Shown in pieces: positions 9,469-18,713 of a stretch of 64,000 bases of DNA (position 1 is its first letter; every line of letters starts with the position of its first letter). Origin of the DNA: Candidatus Cryptobacteroides excrementigallinarum (GTDB lineage Bacteria; Bacteroidota; Bacteroidia; Bacteroidales; UBA932); contig DVFY01000018.1 of NCBI GenBank assembly GCA_018713015.1, positions 39,576 to 103,575 on the forward strand, written 5' to 3'. Under the pieces are notes generated by a model, which worked only from the letters and a program-made list of their open reading frames with translations, had not been told where the DNA came from and searched no databases. The position numbers and the translations under genes are program-made.

Positions 9469-10032
9469 TCAGCCTATGGGAGAAATTTCAGGTTTGAAAA
9501 CATCGAAGCCGCAGGAGTGGATCATCTCCCGGATTCCGTCCATCATCTCCTCGTAGTCCTCTATCCTGAATTCTCCGGGAGCCTCGGCATAGAGCACCTC
9601 GAAGCTCAGCCCGAGATACTTCAGCAGCCAGCCGCTCTCGTGGAAGCCGTTCCTGAGATAGAACTGCTTCCTGCGCACGCGGATATCATAATTGGGGGCT
9701 CCGGGATCCAGCGGCTCTATGTCCAGCACGATTCTTTTGCCGGAATATTGTTCGCGCAGCATGGAGAGGATACGGCTTCCGTAGCCGTGGGAGCGGGTCT
9801 TGCTGCTGACGGCAAGGAAGAAGACGTATGCAAGCCTGGTGTGGGGATAAACGGTGGTGAAGCCCACGAAGGTCTGTCCGTCATATACGGCCCAGACCTC
9901 GAGCGCACCCTTCGCAGCAAGCTCCATCTGCATTTCGGTGCTCATGAGCTCTTCGGGCGGAAAGGCTTCGAGATTGACTTCGTCCATAAGGGGTATGTCC
10001 GGACTTCCGGGCAATATTCTTCTGAATTCCAT
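9469..10032 (-). CDS. GNAT family N-acetyltransferase
   Basis: EAFPPEE, FLAVSSKTRSHGYGSRIL, RRKQFYLRNGF. Confidence 0.88.
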   Translation of the reverse strand: MEFRRILPGSPDIPLMDEVNLEAFPPEELMSTEMQMELAAKGALEVWAVYDGQTFVGFTTVYPHTRLAYVFFLAVSSKTRSHGYGSRILSMLREQYSGKRIVLDIEPLDPGAPNYDIRVRRKQFYLRNGFHESGWLLKYLGLSFEVLYAEAPGEFRIEDYEEMMDGIREMIHSCGFDVFKPEISPIG

Positions 10033-10052
10033 AAATATCGTTTTTGAGTGGA

Positions 10053-11429
10053 TTACAGCAATGATTTCGCGGCGCTGCGGCCCGCAAGGGCGCCTGTGGC
10101 GAAGGCTGAATGGAGATTGTAACCTCCCGTGTCGGCGTCGATGTCAAGCAGTTCGCCGCAGATATGGAGCCCTGGCACCAGTCTGGATTCCAGGCTCTTG
10201 GGCACGATGCCGTCGGCCGAGACCCCTCCGGCGGTGACCACGGCGCGTTCGTAGCCCACGTAGCCCTCGACCGGAAGACGCCAGTTCTTCAAGGCGGCGG
10301 ACAGCACATCGAGGTTCACCCGGACAGGAATCCTGCGGTTCCTTATCTTCTTTGTCGAGAATACTTCCGAATTCATCGCCAGGAAACCCGGAATCAGCTC
10401 CCAGGGCATCAGCTTGCCGAGAAGGATCCTGCATTTCTCCTTTTCCTTCAGGTGGAGGGAGCGGGGGTCCGCATCGATTTCGGAATATATATCCCTGACG
10501 CGTTCCAGAAGTTCAGCGGCGTCCACGGCGGCCTTCAGGTCCAGCACCAGGGTCACATGCCCTCCGTTCAGCATGGCCTTCACGGCCTGGCGGCTGAAAC
10601 GGAAGCCCAGCGGCCCTTCCAGGCCGCCGTCGGTAAAGTCCACGTCGCCGAATTCCTCGTCAGCAATGCATCCGTCTATCACCAGCGTCATGCCTATGTT
10701 TTTCAAGTGGACGCCACAGAGCTTCTGGCCGAGTTCCGTCAAGGGGGCGCCCCGGTCTATATGATGAGGGAGCGCCGGGTCGGACTGTTCGGAGTCAATC
10801 ATTTTGTAGCCCGCAGGGACAAGCGCGGTCAGCGAAGGGAAGGTGCGGGTTATCCTGTGCCCGAAACCCGAAGCCCAGCCGTAGCCGTCGCCGGTCGAGC
10901 CGGTGCCGGGATAGCTCAGCCCGCCGGTGGCCAGAATCAGCCTGCGGCACTCGCATTTTTCGCCCGACGCAAGCTCCAGCACGAATTTCTCCCCTTTCCG
11001 GTCCATGGCCGTCACCTCGGAATCGCACATAATCTTCACTCCTTTGGAAGTGCAGGCCCTGACGAGGACGTCCACGACGTCCGACGCCCTGTGCGATTCG
11101 GGAAAAGCGCGGTCACCCCTCTCGACGACCGACTTCATTCCGTAAGATGAGAAAAGGGCGATCAGCGCGTCGGGGGTCAGATTGTAATATGCGGGGCGGA
11201 GCATGCCGGAATTGGCCCTTACATGCGACGAAAAGGCGTTCCACTCCTTGACATTGGTGAAATTGCACCGGCCCTTGCCGCTTATCATTATCTTGCGCGC
11301 AGGGCGTGGCATCTTCTCCAGCACGAGAACCTGCGCGTCCGAACCGCCGGCTACCAGGGAATCAGCCGCAGAATACGCCGCCATGAGCCCGGAGGCTCCC
11401 CCGCCGACCACAACTATGTCTGACTTCAT
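10053..11429 (-). CDS. HI0933/BaiN-family NAD(P)/FAD-dependent oxidoreductase
   Basis: VVGGGASGLMAA, KIMISGKGRCNFTN, LATGGLSYPGTGSTGDG, GELLDIDADTGGYNL. Confidence 0.9.
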   Translation of the reverse strand: MKSDIVVVGGGASGLMAAYSAADSLVAGGSDAQVLVLEKMPRPARKIMISGKGRCNFTNVKEWNAFSSHVRANSGMLRPAYYNLTPDALIALFSSYGMKSVVERGDRAFPESHRASDVVDVLVRACTSKGVKIMCDSEVTAMDRKGEKFVLELASGEKCECRRLILATGGLSYPGTGSTGDGYGWASGFGHRITRTFPSLTALVPAGYKMIDSEQSDPALPHHIDRGAPLTELGQKLCGVHLKNIGMTLVIDGCIADEEFGDVDFTDGGLEGPLGFRFSRQAVKAMLNGGHVTLVLDLKAAVDAAELLERVRDIYSEIDADPRSLHLKEKEKCRILLGKLMPWELIPGFLAMNSEVFSTKKIRNRRIPVRVNLDVLSAALKNWRLPVEGYVGYERAVVTAGGVSADGIVPKSLESRLVPGLHICGELLDIDADTGGYNLHSAFATGALAGRSAAKSLL

Positions 11430-11445
11430 AACTAGGTACAAAAAA

Positions 11446-11544
11446 GGGAAAGCTTAGCACATCGCACCGCTACAACCTCCTACCCTTGCTGCCTTCCGGC
11501 CCTGGGGGAGTTCAGAGGGAGCTGGTCGTGTACGACTTTCCCCG
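11446..11544 (-). ncRNA. ffs: Signal recognition particle RNA (small bacterial SRP, 4.5S)
   Basis: Minus strand contains the domain IV signature CCAGGGCCGGAAGGCAGCAAGG; ends GGGAAAG/CTTTCCC pair; TAACTTTG promoter at 11548-11555; T tract after the 3' end. Confidence 0.9.
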
Positions 11545-11606
11545 CCGCAAAGTTAGCAAAAATTCAGAAATTACCATGCCTTTCGGGCAGGACAGGCCGG
11601 CTACAC

Positions 11607-12080
11607 CTAAATATTGTTGAAAATAAAGGGGAGGATATCATCCACCCTGTTGAACTTCAACACCTTGTCTGACGCGACGAACAGCACGCTCATGTCCTTC
11701 CCCGCCCTGGCCTGGTATTGCGCCATGACCTGGCGACAGGCACCGCAGGGAGCGGCGGGATTCGGGCCGAGCCTTCCCAGGGGGCCGCCGGCCACCGCTA
11801 TGCTGCACATCTCCTTTCCGGGAAACTGGGCACTGGCCGCGAACATGGCCGTCCTCTCCGCGCAAAGGCCGGAGGGGAAGGCGGCGTTCTCCTGATTGGC
11901 ACCCTTGACTATCCGGCCGTTGGAGAGACGGACCGCCGCTCCGACATGGAAGTGCGAATACGGAGCGTACGCCCCGCCCATGGCATCGACCGCAGCCTCG
12001 GCGAGCTCGCGGTCTCCGGCGTCCATTTCCTGAAGGGAGGAATATTCGGTATAGACTATCCTTATCTCTTTCTCTGTCAT
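11607..12080 (-). CDS. cdd: Cytidine deaminase
   Basis: AYAPYSHFHVGAA, NQENAAFPSGLCAERTA, PCGACRQ. Confidence 0.93.
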   Translation of the reverse strand: MTEKEIRIVYTEYSSLQEMDAGDRELAEAAVDAMGGAYAPYSHFHVGAAVRLSNGRIVKGANQENAAFPSGLCAERTAMFAASAQFPGKEMCSIAVAGGPLGRLGPNPAAPCGACRQVMAQYQARAGKDMSVLFVASDKVLKFNRVDDILPFIFNNI

Positions 12081-12130
12081 TGAAATGTGGTTATAAAGCA
12101 TTCAAATATAGCAAATTTTTCATACACTGA

Positions 12131-12162
12131 TTTGACAAAACACAAAAGCGTTCCTAAATTTG
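12131..12162 (+). promoter_or_regulatory. Bacteroidetes promoter for mnmA
   Basis: TTTG (12131-12134), N20, TAAATTTG (12155-12162); a divergent TATATTTG for cdd lies at 12110-12103. Confidence 0.75.
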
Positions 12163-12169
12163 CCCCGAT

Positions 12170-13483
12170 ATGAAGATTTGCATCGGACTTTCAGGAGGAG
12201 TGGATTCCAGCGTAGCCGCCCTGCTGCTCAAGCGCCAGGGCTATGACGTGTTCGCGATGTTCATGCAGAACTGGCACGACACCGAAGGCACGCTCCACGG
12301 CGACTGCGAGTGGGAGGAGGACAGGTTCGTGGCGGAGCTGGTCGCCAGGAAAATCGGCATCCCCTTCTATTTCGTGGACCTGAGCGGGGAATACCGCAAG
12401 CGCGTGGTGGACTACATGTTCGACGAGTATTCCCGGGGCCGCACTCCGAATCCGGACGTGCTATGCAACCGCGAGATAAAGTTCGACGCATTCCTCAAGG
12501 CCGCGCGCAGGCTCGGCGCCGACATGGTCGCGACCGGGCATTACTGCCGCAAGGAGGAGCTGCCGGACGGCAGCTGCCGCATTCTCGAGGGCAGCGACCC
12601 CAACAAGGACCAGAGCTATTTCCTCTGCCAGCTGAACCAGGAACAGCTCAAGGCCGCCATGTTCCCCATCGGCGACCTGCTAAAGCCGGAAGTGAGGCGG
12701 CTGGCACGCGAAGCCGAACTGCCGTCGGCGGACAAGAAGGATTCCCAGGGCATCTGTTTCGTCGGCAAGGTGGATCTTCCCGTGTTCCTTCAGCAGAAAC
12801 TGAAGCCTGCCGAAGGCGATGTGGTGGAGGTCTTCGACGCATATTACGGGCAGTCGGAGAAATATCTCCGCGACTGCGGACTGGCCGCCAAGGCCCGAAG
12901 CTGCGTACGTCCCGACGCTTGCGGTCATTTCCCGGACGCCGACGGCATCAGCGACGGGGAGCTGGAGGAACTCTCCAGGCCGCTTGACTATTCCGACCTG
13001 CATTTCGAGACGGAGACCTACCGCTCCGGCAAGCATCATATAAAGAAGACGCGCTGGAAGCCGAACCCCTTTGGAGCCATCATCGGAAGACACGAGGGGG
13101 CGCAGTTCTACACCATAGGCCAGCGGCGCGGGCTCGCCATAGGCGGACACGCAAAGCCTGTCTTCGTGATTGCCACGGACATCGCCGCAAACCGCATCTA
13201 CGTGGGCGAAGGCGAGGAGCACAAAGGCCTGACGCGCAGCTGCCTGCGTATCGCTCCGGAAGATATACACTGGATACGCCCCTCCGAGACGATGGAGACC
13301 GGCGAAGTCAGGCGCTACCGCGTGCGCATACGCTACCGGCAGCCGCTCGAGGACGCGACCCTGCTGATGAGGTCGAACGGCCTGTTCATCCTGTTCGACC
13401 GCCCCCAGCGCAGCATCACGCCCGGCCAGTTCGCAGTCTGGTACGCCACCGACGGCGAAATGCTCGGCAGCGGGGTCATCTGA
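12170..13483 (+). CDS. mnmA: tRNA 2-thiouridine(34) synthase MnmA
   Basis: GLSGGVDSSVAA, GRTPNPDVLCNREIKF, ATGHY, KDQSYFL, KKDSQGICFVG, YTIGQRRGL, TPGQFAV. Confidence 0.96.
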   Translation: MKICIGLSGGVDSSVAALLLKRQGYDVFAMFMQNWHDTEGTLHGDCEWEEDRFVAELVARKIGIPFYFVDLSGEYRKRVVDYMFDEYSRGRTPNPDVLCNREIKFDAFLKAARRLGADMVATGHYCRKEELPDGSCRILEGSDPNKDQSYFLCQLNQEQLKAAMFPIGDLLKPEVRRLAREAELPSADKKDSQGICFVGKVDLPVFLQQKLKPAEGDVVEVFDAYYGQSEKYLRDCGLAAKARSCVRPDACGHFPDADGISDGELEELSRPLDYSDLHFETETYRSGKHHIKKTRWKPNPFGAIIGRHEGAQFYTIGQRRGLAIGGHAKPVFVIATDIAANRIYVGEGEEHKGLTRSCLRIAPEDIHWIRPSETMETGEVRRYRVRIRYRQPLEDATLLMRSNGLFILFDRPQRSITPGQFAVWYATDGEMLGSGVI

Positions 13484-13509
13484 CAACTCTCCCCGCGCGC
13501 GGCTTCTTC

Positions 13510-13665
13510 TTGGCAGAGTTGCATTCTGCCGAGACGTCCCGGCGGAAACAAGCATCCGCCTGCCGAGGCGGAGTCGGCCTGCCGGCAGTATAGGGTTTTG
13601 CGGGGGTTCCTACTGCCGGAGGGCGGGCTCCGCCGGCGGCAGGGTGGCAGACTGCAAATCTGCCG
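13510..13665. repeat. Cluster of REP-like palindromes between convergent genes
   Basis: GGCAGAGTTGCATTCTGCC, CCGGCAGTA...TACTGCCGG, GGCAGACTGCAAATCTGCC; a 19-bp segment is repeated at 25462-25480. Confidence 0.6.
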
Positions 13666-13705
13666 CAACAACAATCTGACGAAATAGCAAAATGCCGGAA
13701 CGGCG

Positions 13706-15220
13706 CTAAAGCGAGGCGGCGACGGCGGAGGCGACGTTGATGCCGTCGAGGGCGCTGGAGACTATGCCGCCGGCATAGCCCGCCCCTTCGCCGCAGGGAT
13801 AGAGACCGGGAATCGACAGATATTCCAGAGTCTCCGGGTTCCGGGGAATGCGCACGGGCGACGAAGTGCGGGACTCCACCCCGAGCAGCAATGCTGAATT
13901 GGTATAGTAGCTGCGCATCTTCACCCTCGGGAAAGCTTTCCGCAACCTTTCCGCGACCATGGGCGGCAGCAGCTCATGAAGAGGAGCGCTCACGACTCCG
14001 GGGCGGTAGGTGGTCTCCGGCATGGACTTCGACATGCGTCCGTTGCAGAAATCCTCCATGCGCTGGGCCGGAGCGGCCATAGGGTTCCGCGCCCCGGCGG
14101 AGAAGCTGAAATCGTACATCGACCTCTCCACGGAACGCTGAAAGTCCATCAGGCGGAAAGGGTTCCCGCCCGGGACATCCTCCGGTTCGACCTGTACCAC
14201 AACGCCTGCGTTGGCGAATTTGCCGGAACGCGCCGAATTGGACATCCCGTTGAGCACCACTGTCCCGGCTTCGGTCGACGAAGGCACCAGTATGCCTCCC
14301 GGGCACATGCAGAACGAGAAGACTCCCCTGCCGTCCACCTGCTCAACGAAAGAATACTCCGCCGCCGGCATTCCCGGCTTCCACTGCCCGTGGTACTGGT
14401 TCCAGTTGATCTTCTCCTGAAGATGCTCCACGCGCACTCCAAGGGCGAATCCCTTGGCCTCAAGGGCACCGCCCATGCGGTGCAGCAACTCATAGACGTC
14501 ACGCGCCGAATGCCCTGTCGCCAGTATCAGCCGGGCTGCGGAATAGCTGCCTCCGTCAGCGGTATGTGCTTCGAAACCGCCGCCGGGCAGCCTTTCTATC
14601 GCCGTCACCCTGGAATTGAAATGATACTCCCCGCCCCGCCCGACTATGAACTTGCGTATGTTCTCGACCACGGCCGGCAGCTTGTCCGAACCGATGTGCG
14701 GATGCGCATCTATGAGAATGTCGGAAGATGCCCCGAAGCGCACGAGATTGTGGAGCACCTCGCGTATGTCGCCGCGCTTGGACGAGCGGGTGTAGAGTTT
14801 CCCGTCGGAGAAGGCTCCGGCACCGCCCTCGCCGTAGCAGTAGTTCGAATCCGGATTGACCTCGCCGCGCAGGTTGACCGCGGCCATGTCGGCCTTGCGG
14901 GCATGCACGTCCTTGCCGCGCTCAAGGATTATCGGGCGCAGTCCGAGCGTAATCAGCTTGAGGGCGGCGAACATTCCTGCAGGGCCCGCCCCGACAATGA
15001 TCACCGGTTCGGCGCCGTGGACATCGCGGTCCTCGGGCAGAGCGTAAGGGACGTAATTGTCTTCCGGAGCATACGCCTCGTAGCGGTAGCGCCATACGGG
15101 CTCCCTGCGGGCGTCGACCGAGCGCTTCTTCAGCACCCATTTCAGGCCGCCGGCCTTGGCCTCAATCTCCCTGAGCCTCGGTTCGCGCGTCAGCGGGCAG
15201 GTTATCTCGAATTCTTTCAT
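13706..15220 (-). CDS. FAD-dependent oxidoreductase (uncharacterised NAD(P)/FAD-dependent family)
   Basis: IVGAGPAGMFAA, GEGGAGAFSDGKL, FSFCMCPGG, VESRTSSPVRI, PCGEGAGYAGGIVSSA; the ATG at 15220 abuts the tsaD stop. Confidence 0.88.
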   Translation of the reverse strand: MKEFEITCPLTREPRLREIEAKAGGLKWVLKKRSVDARREPVWRYRYEAYAPEDNYVPYALPEDRDVHGAEPVIIVGAGPAGMFAALKLITLGLRPIILERGKDVHARKADMAAVNLRGEVNPDSNYCYGEGGAGAFSDGKLYTRSSKRGDIREVLHNLVRFGASSDILIDAHPHIGSDKLPAVVENIRKFIVGRGGEYHFNSRVTAIERLPGGGFEAHTADGGSYSAARLILATGHSARDVYELLHRMGGALEAKGFALGVRVEHLQEKINWNQYHGQWKPGMPAAEYSFVEQVDGRGVFSFCMCPGGILVPSSTEAGTVVLNGMSNSARSGKFANAGVVVQVEPEDVPGGNPFRLMDFQRSVERSMYDFSFSAGARNPMAAPAQRMEDFCNGRMSKSMPETTYRPGVVSAPLHELLPPMVAERLRKAFPRVKMRSYYTNSALLLGVESRTSSPVRIPRNPETLEYLSIPGLYPCGEGAGYAGGIVSSALDGINVASAVAASL

Positions 15221-15221
15221 G

Positions 15222-16244
15222 CTAAAAATCAGCCATCCTGGAAACCGGGGCGACATCCAGGGACGTGCGCTCGCCGGCAAGGTAGTGGTAATATCCGGCA
15301 ATCGCTATCATCGCGGCGTTGTCGGTGGTGAACTTGAATTCCGGAAGGTAGGTGTTCCACCCGCGCCTGCGCCCCTCCTCCTCTATGCGGCTGCGCAGTC
15401 CGCTGTTGGCGGAAACCCCTCCGCCTATCGTGATTTCGCGTATTCCGGTCTGCTTCGCGGCCTTTATCAGCTTGTCCAGCAGGATGTCTATCAGAGCCTT
15501 CTGGAAGGAGGCGCAGATGTCCTCCTTGTTCTTCTCCATGAACTCGGGGTCCTTCCTGAGCTCGTCGCGCACGAAATAGAGCAGCGAGGTCTTGATGCCG
15601 CTGAAGCTGTAGTCGAGTCCGGGGACATGCGGCTTCGCGAACTTGAAGCGCTCCGGGTCGCCCTGCTTCGCGAGCCTGTCGATCACGGGCCCGCCGGGAT
15701 AGCCCAGCCCCATCATCTTGGAACATTTGTCGAAGGCCTCTCCCACCGCATCGTCGATGGTCTGGCCGAGTATCTCGAAGTGAAGAGGGTCGTCCACCCT
15801 GACAATCTGCGAGTTGCCTCCGCTGACGAGCAGGCAGAGATAGGGGAACTCCGGCCGATGGGGCTCCTTCCCCTCCTGCAGGATGAAGTCGGCGAGTATG
15901 TGGCCCTGAAGGTGGTTCACCATGATGATCGGGATATCGAGAGCCACGCCCATGGCCTTGGCGAACGAGGTGCCCACAAGCAGCGAACCAAGGAGGCCGG
16001 GCCCGCGCGTGAATGCTACAGCTGTGAGCTCGGAAGCCTTGACGCCGGCGCGGGAAAGAGCTTCGCTGACCACCGGCACTATGTTGAGCTCATGGGCGCG
16101 GGACGCGAGTTCCGGCACCACTCCGCCGTAGGCCTTGTGGACATCCTGGCTGGCGATCACGTTGGAAAGCAGATAGCCGTCGCGGATGACGGCCGCCGAA
16201 GTGTCGTCGCAGGAGGATTCTATTCCAAGTACTATGTCTGCCAT
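15222..16244 (-). CDS. tsaD: tRNA N6-threonylcarbamoyltransferase TsaD
   Basis: LGIESSCDDT, GGVVPELASRAH, VNHLQGH, TIDDAVGEAFDK, TDNAAMIA. Confidence 0.97.
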   Translation of the reverse strand: MADIVLGIESSCDDTSAAVIRDGYLLSNVIASQDVHKAYGGVVPELASRAHELNIVPVVSEALSRAGVKASELTAVAFTRGPGLLGSLLVGTSFAKAMGVALDIPIIMVNHLQGHILADFILQEGKEPHRPEFPYLCLLVSGGNSQIVRVDDPLHFEILGQTIDDAVGEAFDKCSKMMGLGYPGGPVIDRLAKQGDPERFKFAKPHVPGLDYSFSGIKTSLLYFVRDELRKDPEFMEKNKEDICASFQKALIDILLDKLIKAAKQTGIREITIGGGVSANSGLRSRIEEEGRRRGWNTYLPEFKFTTDNAAMIAIAGYYHYLAGERTSLDVAPVSRMADF

Positions 16245-16369
16245 AATCTGTCTTGAATACGGACGCCAAAATTACCTCATAAAATTCATTTTCCCAAAAA
16301 GCCTGCAGACGCGGTTCTGGCATCCGAAAAATGATTAAATTGCAGGGAAATGCAGAAACACATAGCCCT

Positions 16370-18688
16370 ATGAAATCCAAAAAACTGATTATCAGAGCAA
16401 TGGCAGCTTGCGCGGCTGCCGTTCTCGCGGCCGGGTGCAGCCCGAGGAGTGAAATGGACAGGTTCGTCGACAGGCTGATGTCCAAGATGACGGTCGAAGA
16501 GAAGATAGGCCAGCTCAACCTGGTGTCCGATCCCGGCTTCAGGTCCGACCTCTCGGGCAACACCAGCGCGGAAGACCTGGAGCTGCTGCGCAACGGCGGA
16601 TTCGGAGCTTTCTACGGCATGAAGGACGTCGGCAAGATGACCGCCCTGCAGAAAATCGCCGTCGAGGAGACCCGCCTCGGAATCCCCCTTATGTTCGGAA
16701 TAGACGCCATACACGGTCTCGAGACCACATTCCCCATACCTCTCGCGCTGGCATGTTCGTGGAACATGGACCTCATCGAGGAGAGCGCGGCCCGTTCGGC
16801 GAAGGAAACCAGCTCGCTCGGAGTCAGCTGGGTGTTCAGCCCCATGGTTGACATCTCCAGGGATCCCAGGTGGGGCCGGGTTGCCGAAGGTGCCGGAGAG
16901 GACCCCTATCTCGGAGGTGAAATCGCGAAGGCCATGGTGCGCGGCTACCAGGGCGACGGCAGCTTCGAAAGCAACGACAAGGTGATGGCCTGCGTAAAGC
17001 ACTACGCCCTGTACGGGGCAGCCGAGGCGGGAAGGGACTACAACACCGTCTCCATGGACCGCCAGACCATGTTCAACGTATACCTGCGCCCCTACCAAGA
17101 GGCCTGCAAGGCGGGCGCCGGAAGCTACATGAGCTCGTTCAACGAGGTCGAGGGCGTGCCCGCCACCTGCAACGAGTACCTGCTCGATGACGTCCTGCGC
17201 GGACTCTGGGGCTTCGACGGCTTCGTCGTCACAGACGCCACCGCAATCAACGAGATCACCGCACACGGGCTCGGCGACCTCCAGGAAGTCTCCGCCAGGG
17301 CCCTTCAGGCCGGAATCGACCTGGACATGAACAGCAACGGGTTCATCGGGACCCTCAAGAAGTCGCTCGAAGAAGGACGCGTGTCCGAGAAGGACATCGA
17401 CAAAGCCTGCCGCCGCATACTCGAAGCCAAATACAGGATGGGCCTCTTCGACGACCCCTACAGATACCTTGACCCCGCGAGGGCCGAGGCCAACGTCTAC
17501 ACCGACGAATCCAGGGCCTTCGCCCGCAGGGCCGCCCATGAGAGCGCAGTGCTGCTCAAGAACGAAGGCGGAGTGCTCCCCCTGAGCAAAGACATGAGGA
17601 TAGCGCTCGTCGGGCCCCTCGGCAACGACCCCTCCAACATGCAGGGAACCTGGAGCATGTCCTCACACCAGAACGAGAGCGTGACCATACTCGAAGGCCT
17701 GCGCAACGCGGTCAAGGGCAGGGGCAGCGTCCGCTACGCCCAGGGCAGCTGGCTGCTCAGCGACGCGAATCTCGAAGCCAACCTGCGCGGAGGCATGATG
17801 GGCTTCTTCATGCCGGGCTACAAGCCGGAACCCGTCCACAACCGCCCGCTGCAGTCCATGATAAACGAGGCCGTAGCCCTCGCAAGGCAGTCCGACGTGG
17901 TCGTGGCGGCCCTCGGCGAAATCAACAACATGAACGGAGAAGGCACGTCCAGGTCCGACATCAGCATACCCGGGCCCCAGAGGCAGCTGCTCAAGGCGCT
18001 CAAGGCCACAGGAAAGCCCATAGTGCTCGTGCTGACCACGGGAAGGCCCCTGACCCTCGAATGGGAGAGCGAGAACATCCCCGCGATACTCAACACCTGG
18101 GCCCTCGGAGCCGAAGCCGGCAACGCGATAGCCGACCTGCTCTTCGGAGACGTGAACCCGAGCGGCAAGCTCACCATGTCCTTCCCCAGGAACGTGGGCC
18201 AGATTCCCGTCTACTACAACCACAAGAACACCGGACGCCCCCACGGGGACTTCGAGCCCTACCGCAGGTTCACGAGCTGCTACCTCGACGTCATAAACGC
18301 GCCCCTCTACCCCTTCGGCTACGGACTGAGCTACACCAGCTATGAATACGGCGAGCTCCAGCTCTCGTCTGCGACCATAGACAAGGGCGGAAAGGTGACC
18401 GCGAGCATAAGCGTGACGAACACCGGCGACATGGACGGCGACGAAACCGTGCAGCTCTACCTCAGGGACGTGGTCAGCAGCTCCACCAGGCCGGTCAAGG
18501 AGCTCATAGACTTCAAGAAGGTGCACATCCCCGCCGGCGAGAGCGTCACGGTGAGCTTTGAAATCGGCGAGGACAAGCTCAAATACTACAACCATGAGCT
18601 GGAATACGTCTGCGAGAGCGGAGATTTCTTAATCATGGCCGGGCCCGACAGCAACACTCTCAGGGAGGCCACGCTGACACTCATCTGA
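16370..18688 (+). CDS. bglX: GH3 beta-glucosidase BglX-like lipoprotein
   Basis: Lipobox LAAGC; RLGIPL..DAIHG, RDPRWGRVAEGAGEDP, CVKHYALYG, FVVTD, PLYPFGYGLSYT, Fn3-like C-terminus. Confidence 0.9.
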   Translation: MKSKKLIIRAMAACAAAVLAAGCSPRSEMDRFVDRLMSKMTVEEKIGQLNLVSDPGFRSDLSGNTSAEDLELLRNGGFGAFYGMKDVGKMTALQKIAVEETRLGIPLMFGIDAIHGLETTFPIPLALACSWNMDLIEESAARSAKETSSLGVSWVFSPMVDISRDPRWGRVAEGAGEDPYLGGEIAKAMVRGYQGDGSFESNDKVMACVKHYALYGAAEAGRDYNTVSMDRQTMFNVYLRPYQEACKAGAGSYMSSFNEVEGVPATCNEYLLDDVLRGLWGFDGFVVTDATAINEITAHGLGDLQEVSARALQAGIDLDMNSNGFIGTLKKSLEEGRVSEKDIDKACRRILEAKYRMGLFDDPYRYLDPARAEANVYTDESRAFARRAAHESAVLLKNEGGVLPLSKDMRIALVGPLGNDPSNMQGTWSMSSHQNESVTILEGLRNAVKGRGSVRYAQGSWLLSDANLEANLRGGMMGFFMPGYKPEPVHNRPLQSMINEAVALARQSDVVVAALGEINNMNGEGTSRSDISIPGPQRQLLKALKATGKPIVLVLTTGRPLTLEWESENIPAILNTWALGAEAGNAIADLLFGDVNPSGKLTMSFPRNVGQIPVYYNHKNTGRPHGDFEPYRRFTSCYLDVINAPLYPFGYGLSYTSYEYGELQLSSATIDKGGKVTASISVTNTGDMDGDETVQLYLRDVVSSSTRPVKELIDFKKVHIPAGESVTVSFEIGEDKLKYYNHELEYVCESGDFLIMAGPDSNTLREATLTLI

Positions 18689-18713
18689 AAATTGCTATCT
18701 TTGTAAGTTGCGC

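Noticed and set aside
12820-13075. Long insertion in MnmA
   Set aside because: In frame with host-like codons and no repeat; Bacteroidetes MnmA proteins commonly carry an insertion here, so it is probably a lineage trait
13484-13705. CRISPR array
   Set aside because: No regularly spaced identical repeats and no cas genes
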